Shown: positions 8,378 to 18,776 of the stretch, piece by piece
Layout of the letters: each line of letters starts with the position of its first letter
Position numbering within the stretch: the first letter of the stretch is position 1
Made by a program: the position numbers and the translations under genes
The notes under the pieces: generated by a model
What the model was told of the DNA's origin: nothing
Database searches by the model: none
Seen by the model: the letters and a program-made list of their open reading frames with translations, nothing else
Origin: Acidobacteriota bacterium
GTDB taxonomy: Bacteria > Acidobacteriota > Blastocatellia > RBC074
NCBI GenBank assembly: GCA_016789605.1
Contig: JAEUQO010000289.1
Coordinates: 8,861-72,860, forward strand
Length of the DNA: 64,000 bases
Direction of reading: 5' to 3'

Positions 8378-11241
8378 TGCGTTTGTGTACGGCTGAGCGG
8401 AAGGGCGGATTGCACGATGCCCAGGATCGTTTGCAATCCGGTAGCAATGTTCGCTCCCAGGTGAATGCGAATGGCGCGCCGGTTGCGGCTGGCCAGTGAC
8501 GCAAAATCACCCAACGCCTGTGCCTGTTTCAACACGCCAAAGGTGAAGGTTTCGCCCGGCAAGGGGATGTCTTGCACGTCATCAGCCGTCAATTGCAAAA
8601 ACACGCCGCTATCATCGCCGCCTTTGTGCAATTGTCCGGTCGAGTGTAAAAAGCGCGGGCCATATCCTGTGGTTGTGGCAACGTGCAACGCGTCACGCAG
8701 ATGCGTACGAATGGCTTGCAACAACACATCGTGGAGGTCAGTTTCCTGTATGTAGCCCAACAACGCGATGTAATCACCTGCCTGGGTCTGTTTCAGATGC
8801 GCTGTGAGGAACGCTTCAACTGACGAACCCGCGCCCAATTGCGCGAGCGTGGCATCGGTGCAGCGAATCGTTAGCCCGTGGCCTTCGGCGGCAACCGTCT
8901 GTTCGCTCAGCTTGCCGTTTTGTTTGAATTCTTCCAGCAAACGCACTGTGTTGTCTTTCGATTCCTGCACGTTCGGCTGGTCAAACGGATTGATGCCGGT
9001 CAGCGCCCCCGCGATCGCAGTGGCGACTTCCCACACATAGAACTCTTCACCCAGGTCGAGCGTGTCGTTCAGCACACGGCGTACGACGGGATGGCCAGCG
9101 GCTTCCAGCGCGCGTAACCGGTTTTCGACTTCCGGTTCGATCATGCCTACCGCAATGTGCACAAAGACGCGATCCTGACCATACACTGCGGGCACGCTCA
9201 ACGGTTCTCCCGCAACAGGCAAAATGCCTTTGCCTTCTTTGCCGGTGCTTTCCGCCACAAGCTGTTCGATCCACAGTCCCAGCGACGCAATCGCCGGATC
9301 ACTGGTGAGCGTCAGTTTGTTGCGTCCTGCGTTGGCCAACGTGCCAATGATCGCGCCCAACCGCACTGCCGGATTGTCTGTCGCCGGAACAGGCGGTGCA
9401 CAGGCGTGCATTGCGCGTTCTGCACGGTCAAGCAATGTGCGAAAATCGAAACCTTGTAGGGCGGCAGGGACCATGCCGAAGAACGACAGCGCCGAATAAC
9501 GACCGCCGATATCGGCCGGATTCAAAAAGATACGGCGGAAATGGTCATCTTTGGCCATTTGCTCCATCTTGGTGCCGGGGTCGGTGATTGCGACGAAGTT
9601 TTCGCCCGCTTTGTCGCCTTTGATTTCGCGCACGCGGTTGAAGAAATACTTGTAGAACATCAACGGTTCGACCGTGCTGCCGGATTTGCTGGCGACGACG
9701 AACAAGGTATGGGCCAGATCAACGCTTGCTTCAAACGCGGCCACAGTTGCCGGGTCAGTGCTATCGAGTACGTGCAATTCCGGGAAGCCAGGTTGTTTGC
9801 CAAACGTGCGCCGGAAGACTTCCGGGCAGAGGCTGCTGCCACCCATACCGAGCAGCATTACGTGTTTGAAACCTTCGTTGCGAATGCGTGCGCTGAACGC
9901 CGCCAACTCTTCTGCCGCATCCACCAACTGATCCGGCACCGTAACCCACCCAAGCGCATTCTTGATCAGTTTCTGGTGGGCTTCGTCGCTCTTCCACAAT
10001 GCGGCGTCTTTGCGCCAAATCTTGCGCGTCCATTGTTCGGTTTCGGCACGCTTGATGGCATCGTTCACGGCGGATTCGTATGCGCCCAAACTGGCCTCCG
10101 TACGATCCAGCAAGCCGCTGGTCAGGGTGGCCTGTTTCGAGGTGATGCTGGCCATCAAACTGTCAAATGAATCGGCAAACGCCTTGACGCCTTCGTCCTG
10201 CAATTGCTGGCAAACCTGTTGCAGGCTAACGCCATTGGCTGCTAGTTGTTCCAACGCGCTGATTGATTCGGCTAGGTTTTCTTCCAGGCTCGGACGAACT
10301 TTGCCGTGATCACGAAAGGCCGTGTACGTTGCGGGCGGAACCGTATTGACGGTATCGGCGCCGATCAGCTCTTCGACATAGAGCACGTCGCTGTATTTGG
10401 GATTTTTGGTGCCGGTCGAAGCCCAAAGCGGACGTTGGACGCGTGCGCCTTGTGCGCGCAGCTTTTCAAAACGTTCGTTGGCGAAAATTTCCTTGAAGCG
10501 TTGGTATTGCACCTTGGCGTTGGCGATGGCGGCTTTGCCGAGCAAGGCCGTGAGCGTCGCTTTTTCGTTTTCGTCGGCGGAATGACGGATGCGAGATTCC
10601 AGTTGGTTATCAATCGAAGTGTCTATGCGGCTGACGAATACGCTGGCGACCGAGGCGACGTGCGCCACTGATTGCCCGGCGGCGGCGCGCTCTTCCAAGC
10701 CTGCGATGTAGGCTTCGGCGACTTGTTCGTAATTGTCGAGCGCGAAAATCATCGTCACATTGATATTGATGCCAGCGGCAATGGCGGCTTTGATGGCGGG
10801 AATGCCGGCGGGCGTGGCCGGAATCTTGATCATTACGTTGGGGCGATTCAACGTAGCCCACAAACGCTTCGCTTCGGTGATTGTTCCGTCAGTGTCGTGC
10901 GCCAGCAAGGGAGAAACTTCCAGGCTGACGTAGCCATCCAGCCCGTTGGTGCGTTCATAGACCGGCTTGAACAAATCGGCGGCGCGTTGAATGTCTTCGA
11001 TGGCCAGCGCTTCGTAAATTTCGGTGACGCTTTTGCCTTCGGCGATCAGTTTGCGGATCGCGTCGTTGTAATCCGTGCTGCCGGTGATGGCTTTTTCAAA
11101 GATGGTTGGATTGGACGTGATGCCGCGCAAATCATCGTTGGCGATTTTGCCGGCGATGTCGCCGTTATCAATCAGCGCCCGGCGGATGTTGTCATACCAA
11201 ATGCTTTGACCGTGCTTTTGTAATTCGACTAAGGGGTTCAT
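8374..11241 (-). CDS. tal: Bifunctional transaldolase / phosphoglucose isomerase
   Basis: N-half has GITSNPTIF, VSLEVSP, VMIKIPAT and QRPLWASTGTKNP. C-half has LGMGGSSL, SKSGST.E, DIGGRYSALS and INPFDQPNVQESK. Confidence 0.95.
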   Translation of the reverse strand: MNPLVELQKHGQSIWYDNIRRALIDNGDIAGKIANDDLRGITSNPTIFEKAITGSTDYNDAIRKLIAEGKSVTEIYEALAIEDIQRAADLFKPVYERTNGLDGYVSLEVSPLLAHDTDGTITEAKRLWATLNRPNVMIKIPATPAGIPAIKAAIAAGININVTMIFALDNYEQVAEAYIAGLEERAAAGQSVAHVASVASVFVSRIDTSIDNQLESRIRHSADENEKATLTALLGKAAIANAKVQYQRFKEIFANERFEKLRAQGARVQRPLWASTGTKNPKYSDVLYVEELIGADTVNTVPPATYTAFRDHGKVRPSLEENLAESISALEQLAANGVSLQQVCQQLQDEGVKAFADSFDSLMASITSKQATLTSGLLDRTEASLGAYESAVNDAIKRAETEQWTRKIWRKDAALWKSDEAHQKLIKNALGWVTVPDQLVDAAEELAAFSARIRNEGFKHVMLLGMGGSSLCPEVFRRTFGKQPGFPELHVLDSTDPATVAAFEASVDLAHTLFVVASKSGSTVEPLMFYKYFFNRVREIKGDKAGENFVAITDPGTKMEQMAKDDHFRRIFLNPADIGGRYSALSFFGMVPAALQGFDFRTLLDRAERAMHACAPPVPATDNPAVRLGAIIGTLANAGRNKLTLTSDPAIASLGLWIEQLVAESTGKEGKGILPVAGEPLSVPAVYGQDRVFVHIAVGMIEPEVENRLRALEAAGHPVVRRVLNDTLDLGEEFYVWEVATAIAGALTGINPFDQPNVQESKDNTVRLLEEFKQNGKLSEQTVAAEGHGLTIRCTDATLAQLGAGSSVEAFLTAHLKQTQAGDYIALLGYIQETDLHDVLLQAIRTHLRDALHVATTTGYGPRFLHSTGQLHKGGDDSGVFLQLTADDVQDIPLPGETFTFGVLKQAQALGDFASLASRNRRAIRIHLGANIATGLQTILGIVQSALPLSRTQTQ

Positions 11242-11334
11242 TGCTTACTCCTGAGATTAAATGTCCACCAGGGCACACGCTGCGTATCGAAGGCTAGTTT
11301 CGCATACATGGTGGGGCCACATCGTGGGAAGAGT

Positions 11335-12834
11335 TCATTGGTTTACAATCAACGTTTCGTAAAGTCGTTCCTGTCGGGCACGCGCTTTCAGATAGCGTTC
11401 GTGATTTTCTGTCTCTGGCATAAACGTATCGCCCAAGGGCGTCGGCACCGCGCTTAGGCTTTCGATCAGACCGAAAGCCTCCATTGCCAACAGCGCCGCG
11501 CCGCGACTGGATGCTTCAGCGACTTCTGACGTGGCGACCGGAACGCCGATTACATCAGAGAGCATTTGCGTCCACACGCGCGAATGCAAAATGCCGCCGC
11601 CAGATGCGATGATGCGCGCATCGCTCGCGACTTCAGTTTTCAAACGCTCATAAATCGCAGCGAAACGATAGCATACAGCTTCGAGCGACGCGCGTAAAAT
11701 TTCGATTGGCTGCGTGCTCAGACTTAAGCCGGAGATCGTTGCGCGGGCATCAGAATGCCAGCCGGTGCTGCGTTCGCCGGAAAAAAACGGCAACACGGTC
11801 AGCCCGTGTTCGTCGGGAATTTGCGCCGCCAATTGCGTTTCAATTTCGGCATCGGCCAGTTTCAATCGTTCACGACACCAGGCATAAACGTCTCCGGCGT
11901 TTGAGAGCGCGCCGCCGATCAAGGCATAGCGGCGATTGGCGCGATAGCACCACAACCCCGACGGAATCGTTACACGCTCCACAGGCCAGCAAACACGCAT
12001 CGCACCAGACGTGCCAACGTTGATGGCTATGCGGTTTTTGGCGGAACAGCCAGAACCGATGTTGCTGGTGGCTCCGTCGCCGATGGCGGGCAACCAACGC
12101 GCATTTCGTAAAGCTGGCCAGCGCGCTGCAAACTCCGCACGCATGCCTGCCAAACCTTCGTTTTCGGCTGCCAGTGGCGCCAGTGGCGAAAGCTGTTCAC
12201 GCGACACACTGATTGCAGCCAGCATTTCGTCAGACCAATCGTTGGCGTTTGGGTCAAAGAGTCCTGTGCCCGCTGCCATTCCCACGCCGCAAACAAAACG
12301 CCCAAAGACCTGATGATAAAAATATTCGCCAATCGAAACCCAGCGCGCGACACGCGCCGCCAGTTGCGGATTTGTGCGCCGCAACCAGGTGATTTTCGCC
12401 GGGTAGTAGCTGGCGTGTGGCACGACGCCCGTCCGTTGATGAATCCAGGCGCGCCCAAGTCGTTCACCCAGGGCTTTGGCATCATCTGCGCTGCGGGTGT
12501 CGCTCCAGTTATAAAGCGGCGTCACGGCGCGTCCTTCGGCATCCACTCCCAACATCGCGTGCCAGAAATTGCTATAACCGACGGCGGCGATTTCAATTGG
12601 CCCGGCTTTGGCCAAACATTGATCCAGCGTCTGGCAGATGAATCCGACCAACTTGTCGGCTTCGATTTCGACGCCGCCATCGTGCGTCGCCGTCATTTGA
12701 TAATGCGTGCGGCCTTCGCTGCCTTCGATGGGGTGCGCCTGACTGTCAAACAGGACTGCGCGCACGGAAGAGGTGCCCACATCCAGGGCGAGCGTGATTG
12801 GGTGCGCCGATTGTTGAAGCGGAGTGTTAGTCAT
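11335..12834 (-). CDS. gntK: Gluconokinase (FGGY carbohydrate kinase family)
   Basis: ALDVGTSSVRA, PLYNWSDTR, GDGATSNIGSG, INVGTSGAMR and PFFSGERS motifs. It lies upstream of tal/pgi and pgl. Confidence 0.8.
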   Translation of the reverse strand: MTNTPLQQSAHPITLALDVGTSSVRAVLFDSQAHPIEGSEGRTHYQMTATHDGGVEIEADKLVGFICQTLDQCLAKAGPIEIAAVGYSNFWHAMLGVDAEGRAVTPLYNWSDTRSADDAKALGERLGRAWIHQRTGVVPHASYYPAKITWLRRTNPQLAARVARWVSIGEYFYHQVFGRFVCGVGMAAGTGLFDPNANDWSDEMLAAISVSREQLSPLAPLAAENEGLAGMRAEFAARWPALRNARWLPAIGDGATSNIGSGCSAKNRIAINVGTSGAMRVCWPVERVTIPSGLWCYRANRRYALIGGALSNAGDVYAWCRERLKLADAEIETQLAAQIPDEHGLTVLPFFSGERSTGWHSDARATISGLSLSTQPIEILRASLEAVCYRFAAIYERLKTEVASDARIIASGGGILHSRVWTQMLSDVIGVPVATSEVAEASSRGAALLAMEAFGLIESLSAVPTPLGDTFMPETENHERYLKARARQERLYETLIVNQ

Positions 12835-13033
12835 TTCGTTTCGGGAAACCGTCTCGGTTTGAGATGAAGAAGTTTAGCGGCGGATTGTAATGAACAGATT
12901 GCCGCTTGTCACGAAAACGGCGCAACAGCCTGTCAAATCTTGCCTGAATGAACTGGCTGCCGTTACTCTGCACGTATCTATGTCACTGATTTCACCAAGG
13001 CAACCACTTACTTTGACTCGTAAGGAGCAGGCA

Positions 13034-14881
13034 ATGAAAAGAACCCGATTGATTGGTTGGGGGCAAGCGTTTTGTTTGGCGCTGGCGCTCGTGACTGTCG
13101 CGCTGGCGCAAGAGACCGGTGGCGTGAATGCGCGCTACACCAAATACGAATATCAGGTTCCCATGCGCGACGGGGTGAAGCTTTTCACCTCGGTATACGT
13201 TCCCAAAGACACGTCGCAAAAATACCCGATGATCATGCAGCGTACGCCGTATAGCGTCGCACCGTATGGGCCGACGGTCTATCGCGCGCAGTTGGGGCCA
13301 TCGCAGTTGTTTCAGCAGGAAGGCTTCATCTTTGTCTATCAGGATGTCCGCGGGCGCAATATGTCCGAAGGCGACTTTATGTGGATGAAGCCATACAAAC
13401 CCCAAAAGACCAACGCGAAGGACACGGACGAATCCACCGATACGTGGGACACAATTGAATGGCTGTTGAAAAACATCCCGAATAACAACGGCCGAGTCGG
13501 CATGTGGGGGATTTCCTATCCCGGACACTATGCCGCGCAAGCGCTGATTGATCCGCATCCGGCGCTGAAAGCGGTTTCGCCGCAGGCGCCGATGGCGGAC
13601 AACTGGTTGGGCGATGACATGCACCACAACGGCGCATTCTTTTTGCCGCATGCGTTCAACTTCATCATCAACTTCGGACGCCCGCGCACGGGACCGAGCG
13701 TGCAACAAGGACCACGGTTTGATCACGGCACCAATGACGGATACCAGTTCTTCCTTGAAATGGGATCGTTGGCCAACGCGCAAAAGTACATGAAGAACGA
13801 GATCAAGCTGTGGAACGAATGGATGGAGCACGGCGATTATGACGCTTACTGGCAAGCGCAAAATGTACCGCAGCATTTGAAAAAGGTTACACCTGCCGTG
13901 ATGACTGTCGGCGGTTGGTTTGATGCCGAAGACGTGCAAGGGCCGTTGTGGATTTACCGCGAAATTGAAAAGAACAATCCGAAAGCCTGGAACGTACTGG
14001 TCGAAGGGCCTTGGTGTCACGGTTGTTGGTCGCGCGGCACAGGCGAAAAACTGGGGGGCATCGGTTTTGATTCTGCCACGTCACAGTTTTACCGCGAGAA
14101 CATAGAGTTTCCGTTTTTCATGTATTTCCTGAAAGACAAGGGCGAGCTGAAATTGCCAGAGGCGTATGTCTTTGAAACCGGCTCGAACGTCTGGAAAACC
14201 TATGCGAGTTGGCCGCCGAAAAATGTCGAAAGCAAGAGTTTGTATTTGCACGCCAACGGCAAGCTGGCGTTTACACCGCCGACCGACGCTGGCAAGAATG
14301 CCTACGACGAATACGTCAGCGACCCGAACAAGCCGGTGCCGTTCCTGAAAGACCCCAGCATTGGCATGCGGTACGAATATATGACCGATGACCAGCGGTT
14401 TTCGGCATCACGGCCTGACGTGCTGGTGTATCGAAGCGAGGTGCTGACCGAAGACGTCACACTGTCCGGCGCGCTCAATGCCGAGTTGTTTGTTTCGACC
14501 ACCGGCACGGATTCAGATTTCATCGTGAAGCTCGTTGACGAATTTCCTGACGGGCGAGATGCGCTGGATAGCTATCAGATGCTGGTGCGTGGCGAGCCGA
14601 TGCGGGCCAAGTATCGCAACAGTTGGGCAAAGCCTGAACCGCTCAAACCCAACGAAGTGACGCGTGTGGCGTTTGCCTTGCCCGATATCAACCACACGTT
14701 CAAGAAAGGACATCGCATAATGATCCACGTGCAGAGTTCGTGGTTCCCGCTGGTGGATCGCAATCCGCAGAAGTTTCTGAACATTTACGCCGCCAAGGAT
14801 GAAGATTTTCAGAAAGCGACACAGCGAGTTTACCACTCTGCGAAATTCGCTTCGCAGCTCAAGATCAATGTCCTGAAATAG
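13034..14881 (+). CDS. CocE/NonD family hydrolase (amino-acid ester hydrolase / glutaryl-7-ACA acylase-like), secreted
   Basis: PMRDGVKL, QDVRGR..SEG, GISYPG (Ser), GWFDAED (Asp) and GPWCHG (His). Start moved to 13034 (AAGGAG RBS, signal peptide). Confidence 0.9.
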   Translation: MKRTRLIGWGQAFCLALALVTVALAQETGGVNARYTKYEYQVPMRDGVKLFTSVYVPKDTSQKYPMIMQRTPYSVAPYGPTVYRAQLGPSQLFQQEGFIFVYQDVRGRNMSEGDFMWMKPYKPQKTNAKDTDESTDTWDTIEWLLKNIPNNNGRVGMWGISYPGHYAAQALIDPHPALKAVSPQAPMADNWLGDDMHHNGAFFLPHAFNFIINFGRPRTGPSVQQGPRFDHGTNDGYQFFLEMGSLANAQKYMKNEIKLWNEWMEHGDYDAYWQAQNVPQHLKKVTPAVMTVGGWFDAEDVQGPLWIYREIEKNNPKAWNVLVEGPWCHGCWSRGTGEKLGGIGFDSATSQFYRENIEFPFFMYFLKDKGELKLPEAYVFETGSNVWKTYASWPPKNVESKSLYLHANGKLAFTPPTDAGKNAYDEYVSDPNKPVPFLKDPSIGMRYEYMTDDQRFSASRPDVLVYRSEVLTEDVTLSGALNAELFVSTTGTDSDFIVKLVDEFPDGRDALDSYQMLVRGEPMRAKYRNSWAKPEPLKPNEVTRVAFALPDINHTFKKGHRIMIHVQSSWFPLVDRNPQKFLNIYAAKDEDFQKATQRVYHSAKFASQLKINVLK

Positions 14882-14902
14882 GGAAGTAGACACCCCGAAA
14901 GC

Positions 14903-14939
14903 GAAAAGCCCGCAAGAGACATTCTCTTGCGGGCTTTTC
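14903..14939. terminator. Bidirectional terminator
   Basis: Perfect 17-bp stem GAAAAGCCCGCAAGAGA / TCTCTTGCGGGCTTTTC between convergent genes. Confidence 0.9.
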
Positions 14940-14960
14940 TGTTAGCGAAGGACAAACCGG

Positions 14961-16235
14961 TTAGGGTTTCTTCTTGGCGGGAGCGCCTTTGCCTTTGGTC
15001 GGTTCTGATTTCGGCGGTTGCAGATTGTTGCCGACAATCAAGTCTTTGATCACGCTCTTGGCTTCAGCCACGCGCTGATCGGTGGCCGGAGCTTTATCCA
15101 CAAACTTTTGCAGCGTGTTGGCCGATTCCTGGAATTTGCCCACGCCCGCATAAGCCAATCCGAGGTTGTACAACGCTTCGACGTTTTCCGGATCGCTTTC
15201 AAGAATCTTGTTGTAAGCCGTGACGGCCTCTTCCGATTTGCCCGCGTCGAAATAAACCTTGGCGGCTTTCAGCGGATAATCTTTCTTTTTGGCGGGATCA
15301 TCCGTCAGTTCAGCCAGCAGCGTGTAATCTTTGACGGCGGCATCCACTTGGGTCAGATCGCCGAATTTGGTGGCCAGGATGGCTTCCGATTCCGCTCGCA
15401 CGACGTGATAGGTCGTGCGCGTGCGTCTGTTTTGCAGCGGATCGTTGGTCATCTTGGTGTCTTTTTCCTGCGACTCAAGACCGCTCAACGCTTTCTGGGT
15501 GGCCGCGATCGAATCGAGAAAATCCTGTTTCGCCGCATCACGGTTGCCCGCGTTGAACTGGCCGACGCCGCGTTTTTGCAACGCGATGGCCAGGTTGCCC
15601 TGTGAAATGTGGATGTCCGGATTCAATTTGACGGCTTCCTGAAATTGGCCGATTGCGCCATTCAGGTCGTTCTTGGTCAACATATCGTTGCCGGCTTTGA
15701 GGAAGACGTTGATCTGGCCGATGGCCGCATTGTATTTCTCGGCTTCGTCACGATCTTTTTTGGCCTTTTCGTATTCTTCCTTGGCCTTTTTCATTTCTTC
15801 TTCGCTCATCTTCGGCGGGGCAGGAGCGCCGCCGGGACTGGCTTTGGCTACGCCACCGGCTTTTTTGACGTCTTCCATCGTCAATTTGCGGCCATCACCG
15901 GCGCGCAATTCGATCTTGAGCGGTTCGTTGTTGTTGATGACGCGAATGCCCGACAGGAACGTCGGTTCGCACCCCGGCGCTGAAACCAGCACCGTATACG
16001 TGCCGGTGAGCGGCACGCCTGCGTGCAGGAAGTGGCCCTTTTTGTCGGTTTTGACCGGATAGGTGCCTTTGATATCGGTGCGTTCAATAACGACTTCCGC
16101 GCCGACGATCGGCTCTTTAGAGCCTTCTTTAACCACGTCGCCTTCGAGGCGGCCCACTTGTGCCCACGCGCTGACCGACATCAGTGTCAGTAACGCGCAT
16201 CCTGCCAGGGCCGACCAAAGAGTTTTGCTCTTCAT
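14961..16235 (-). CDS. Secreted TPR protein with N-terminal carboxypeptidase-regulatory-like domain
   Basis: Signal peptide, then GRLEGDV...KTDKKGHF...YTVLVSAPG, then TPR-like repeats (ALYNLGLAYAGVGKFQE). Start at 16235 with GGAGG RBS. Confidence 0.8.
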   Translation of the reverse strand: MKSKTLWSALAGCALLTLMSVSAWAQVGRLEGDVVKEGSKEPIVGAEVVIERTDIKGTYPVKTDKKGHFLHAGVPLTGTYTVLVSAPGCEPTFLSGIRVINNNEPLKIELRAGDGRKLTMEDVKKAGGVAKASPGGAPAPPKMSEEEMKKAKEEYEKAKKDRDEAEKYNAAIGQINVFLKAGNDMLTKNDLNGAIGQFQEAVKLNPDIHISQGNLAIALQKRGVGQFNAGNRDAAKQDFLDSIAATQKALSGLESQEKDTKMTNDPLQNRRTRTTYHVVRAESEAILATKFGDLTQVDAAVKDYTLLAELTDDPAKKKDYPLKAAKVYFDAGKSEEAVTAYNKILESDPENVEALYNLGLAYAGVGKFQESANTLQKFVDKAPATDQRVAEAKSVIKDLIVGNNLQPPKSEPTKGKGAPAKKKP

Positions 16236-16479
16236 TAGTTGTCCTCCGTGTGATGCTGTCACGATTCAAACTGCTTGCAACTGCTTGGGAGCGCGCTTTA
16301 GATGCGAAGCTGACGGTGACGTTGCTCAGTGCTTTAGACACTCTTCACACGCTTACGCCTGCAGTCCTTCTGCTGCGCCGCACGCTTCAGTTGCCGATGT
16401 TGCTACACAAATTCGTTTGGGTTGAGTGAATACGAAAAATCTGTGAATCAGACCAAGGGCAATTCTAGCTGCCACATGC

Positions 16480-17151
16480 TCAGATTTCAATTGCGTACGG
16501 TAGGGGATCGCGTACGCCTGCTTCACGAAAGCCGCGCAAGCGCAACGCGCAACTGTCACAAACGCCGCACGCCAGCGATTCGCCCTGATAACACGACCAG
16601 CTCAGTTGTAGTGGCGCGCCCAGCGCCAAGCCGCGTTGCACGATTTCACTTTTGCGCAAGGCGATGACCGGCGTGATGATTTCAATCTGCGTTTCAGGTT
16701 TGGTGCCGACAGAAATCGCTTGTTGAAACGCCTGATAAAACTCCGGGCGACAGTCCGGATAACCCGAGCTGTCTTCGGCGACCGCGCCGATGTAAATGCG
16801 TCCGGCGCTGATGACCTCAGCCCAACTGGTGGCAATGGCCAACAAATGCGCATTGCGAAAGGGCACATACGAAGTCGGGATTTCCGTCGTTTCCAAATTC
16901 GCCGGGCTGATTTCAATTGTGCGATCCGTTAGCGACGAGCCGCCAATTTGCGCCAGATGCGCAATGTTGGTGACCAGCCGCTGTTCAACTTGATAGAAAT
17001 CAGCAATGTCGTTGAACGCTTTCAGTTCGCGCGCTTGCGTTCTTTGCCCGTAACTGACGTGCAAGAGCGCAATTTTCTGACATTCACGCGCCGCGATGGC
17101 AGTCGTCACACAACTGTCCATTCCGCCACTTGTTAAGACCACGCCGAGCAT
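16480..17151 (-). CDS. queC: 7-cyano-7-deazaguanine synthase
   Basis: SGGMDS, YGQR, SYVPFRNA, GYPDCRPEF and C-terminal Zn site CYQG...CGVCDSC. Confidence 0.95.
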   Translation of the reverse strand: MLGVVLTSGGMDSCVTTAIAARECQKIALLHVSYGQRTQARELKAFNDIADFYQVEQRLVTNIAHLAQIGGSSLTDRTIEISPANLETTEIPTSYVPFRNAHLLAIATSWAEVISAGRIYIGAVAEDSSGYPDCRPEFYQAFQQAISVGTKPETQIEIITPVIALRKSEIVQRGLALGAPLQLSWSCYQGESLACGVCDSCALRLRGFREAGVRDPLPYAIEI

Positions 17152-17160
17152 CGGTTGGTT

Positions 17161-17802
17161 TCAAACTCCTTTCGCGTCCGGCCCCCAAATAAATTTATGA
17201 AGTTGCAACTGCATACGGGCGTGCAAGCCGGATTGCAACACCCATTCAGCCAGTTCCTGGAAGGCGACTGCGCCCCAAACCGGCGAAAACAACAGGGCGG
17301 GCTTTCGTTCGTGCAGGCGATATTTTTGAATCACCTCGCGGGCGAACTCGAAATCCGCTCGGTCTTTGATCACAAATTTGATTTCATCGTGCGGGTTGAG
17401 GCATTCCAGATTGGCCCAGACGTTTCGTTCAGATTCGCCGCTGCCGGGGCATTTCACATCGAGAATCTTGATGACGCGCGGGTCAAGAATGCTGGCGTCC
17501 AGGCCGCCGCCGGTTTCGATGAGCACGGTGTAGTTTTCGTCGCACAGCCGTCGTGCCAATTCGGTGCATTCACGTTTTTGCACCAACGGCTCACCGCCTG
17601 TGATTTCAACCAGGCGGCAATCATAGCCGCGCACCTGAGCCAGCACGTCTTCAAGGCTCATTTCCGTCCCGCCCGTAAAGGTGTATTCGCTGTCGCACCA
17701 GGAACAACGCAAATTGCACCAGGTCAGCCGCACAAACACACACGGCAGCCCTGCAAACGAAGATTCTCCCTGGATGGAGTAAAAAATTTCGGTGATACGC
17801 AT
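17161..17802 (-). CDS. queE: 7-carboxy-7-deazaguanine synthase (radical SAM)
   Basis: EIFYSIQGE, CNLRCSWCD (CxxxCxxC), TGGEPL and QLHKFIW. Start moved to MRITE at 17802. Confidence 0.93.
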   Translation of the reverse strand: MRITEIFYSIQGESSFAGLPCVFVRLTWCNLRCSWCDSEYTFTGGTEMSLEDVLAQVRGYDCRLVEITGGEPLVQKRECTELARRLCDENYTVLIETGGGLDASILDPRVIKILDVKCPGSGESERNVWANLECLNPHDEIKFVIKDRADFEFAREVIQKYRLHERKPALLFSPVWGAVAFQELAEWVLQSGLHARMQLQLHKFIWGPDAKGV

Positions 17803-17913
17803 AAACAAAAACGCGGCAGCAAACAGAAGCGGGAACGCGACCGACTTTGGCAACGGTCGTGGTTTCCGCGCTTCGCATTCGCGCCGCGTGCATCGTAGCC
17901 TACAGAGGCGGGG

Positions 17914-18507
17914 TTAGAAAAGTTTCTCTGCCGGTGGCTTGACGCCTTTCAAGCGCAGATAAATCGTCGTTTGCCCGCGATGGTGCGTTTGGTGTTCAAA
18001 CGCTTTGGCCAAGGCCACGCCGCGCGTGGTGTCACGGCCAAACAGCTTGATGGCTTCGCCCAGTTTTTTCGGGTCCATCGCCTTGACCGAAGCAATGGCG
18101 AAGTCGTAGCTGTCGTTCACTGCTTTTCGCAACGCGGCTTTGGTTTTCAACTCTTCGCTTTTTTCCAGATTCTTGCCTTGCATCGGGTTGTTTGCGCCTG
18201 TGGCCGCCGAGGCAAACATGTAGTTGGCATTGGCCAGGTGCAGGAACTGTTCGGCGAAGGAACGAATATCCGGCGCCGCTTTGAAATTGGTGCCGTCTTC
18301 CGGCATTGCGTCCAAATATTCGTTGGTGTAATCGCGCGCGCGTGTCCAATCGGCAACCATCATGGCGATGTGATCAGGGGCTTCGGCTTTCGCAGCCGAC
18401 ATGGCGGGTTTTGCGGCAGCGGTTTGTGCAAAACAAACCAAACCTAAGGCCAAGCTGATGGCCAGCGAGCTGACGAGATAACGCAAAGCGACGATTGTCT
18501 GCTTCAT
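17914..18507 (-). CDS. DinB family protein, secreted
   Basis: Signal peptide, RSFAEQFLHLA and EHQTHHRGQ His motifs. GAAGGAG RBS before 18507. Confidence 0.85.
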   Translation of the reverse strand: MKQTIVALRYLVSSLAISLALGLVCFAQTAAAKPAMSAAKAEAPDHIAMMVADWTRARDYTNEYLDAMPEDGTNFKAAPDIRSFAEQFLHLANANYMFASAATGANNPMQGKNLEKSEELKTKAALRKAVNDSYDFAIASVKAMDPKKLGEAIKLFGRDTTRGVALAKAFEHQTHHRGQTTIYLRLKGVKPPAEKLF

Positions 18508-18776
18508 AGAGTCTCCTTCGTACGTGGTTGATGTCTTTGTGATTGTTGGTGATGAATGCCAGTCGCATTTTGCGTATGGCACAAAATCAGGGTGCAATTC
18601 CGCACCGCCAGCGGTCAACGCGTTTTCTGTAAAATCTTGTAAAACGATTTTGCTGACAGAGCTTAGCTCACCTTGATAGTACATGCTAGACTGCTAACAC
18701 TGTAACTTGTATGACAGAGACAGCCGTTTGCGGGCGACGGCGCAGCAATCCAATACCAACAAAAGGTGAAGCACGA

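Noticed and set aside
17803-17913. preQ1 riboswitch in the queE leader
   Set aside because: No AGAGGTTCTAG-type P1/loop or A-rich tail. Only a generic CGACCG/CGGTCG hairpin is present.
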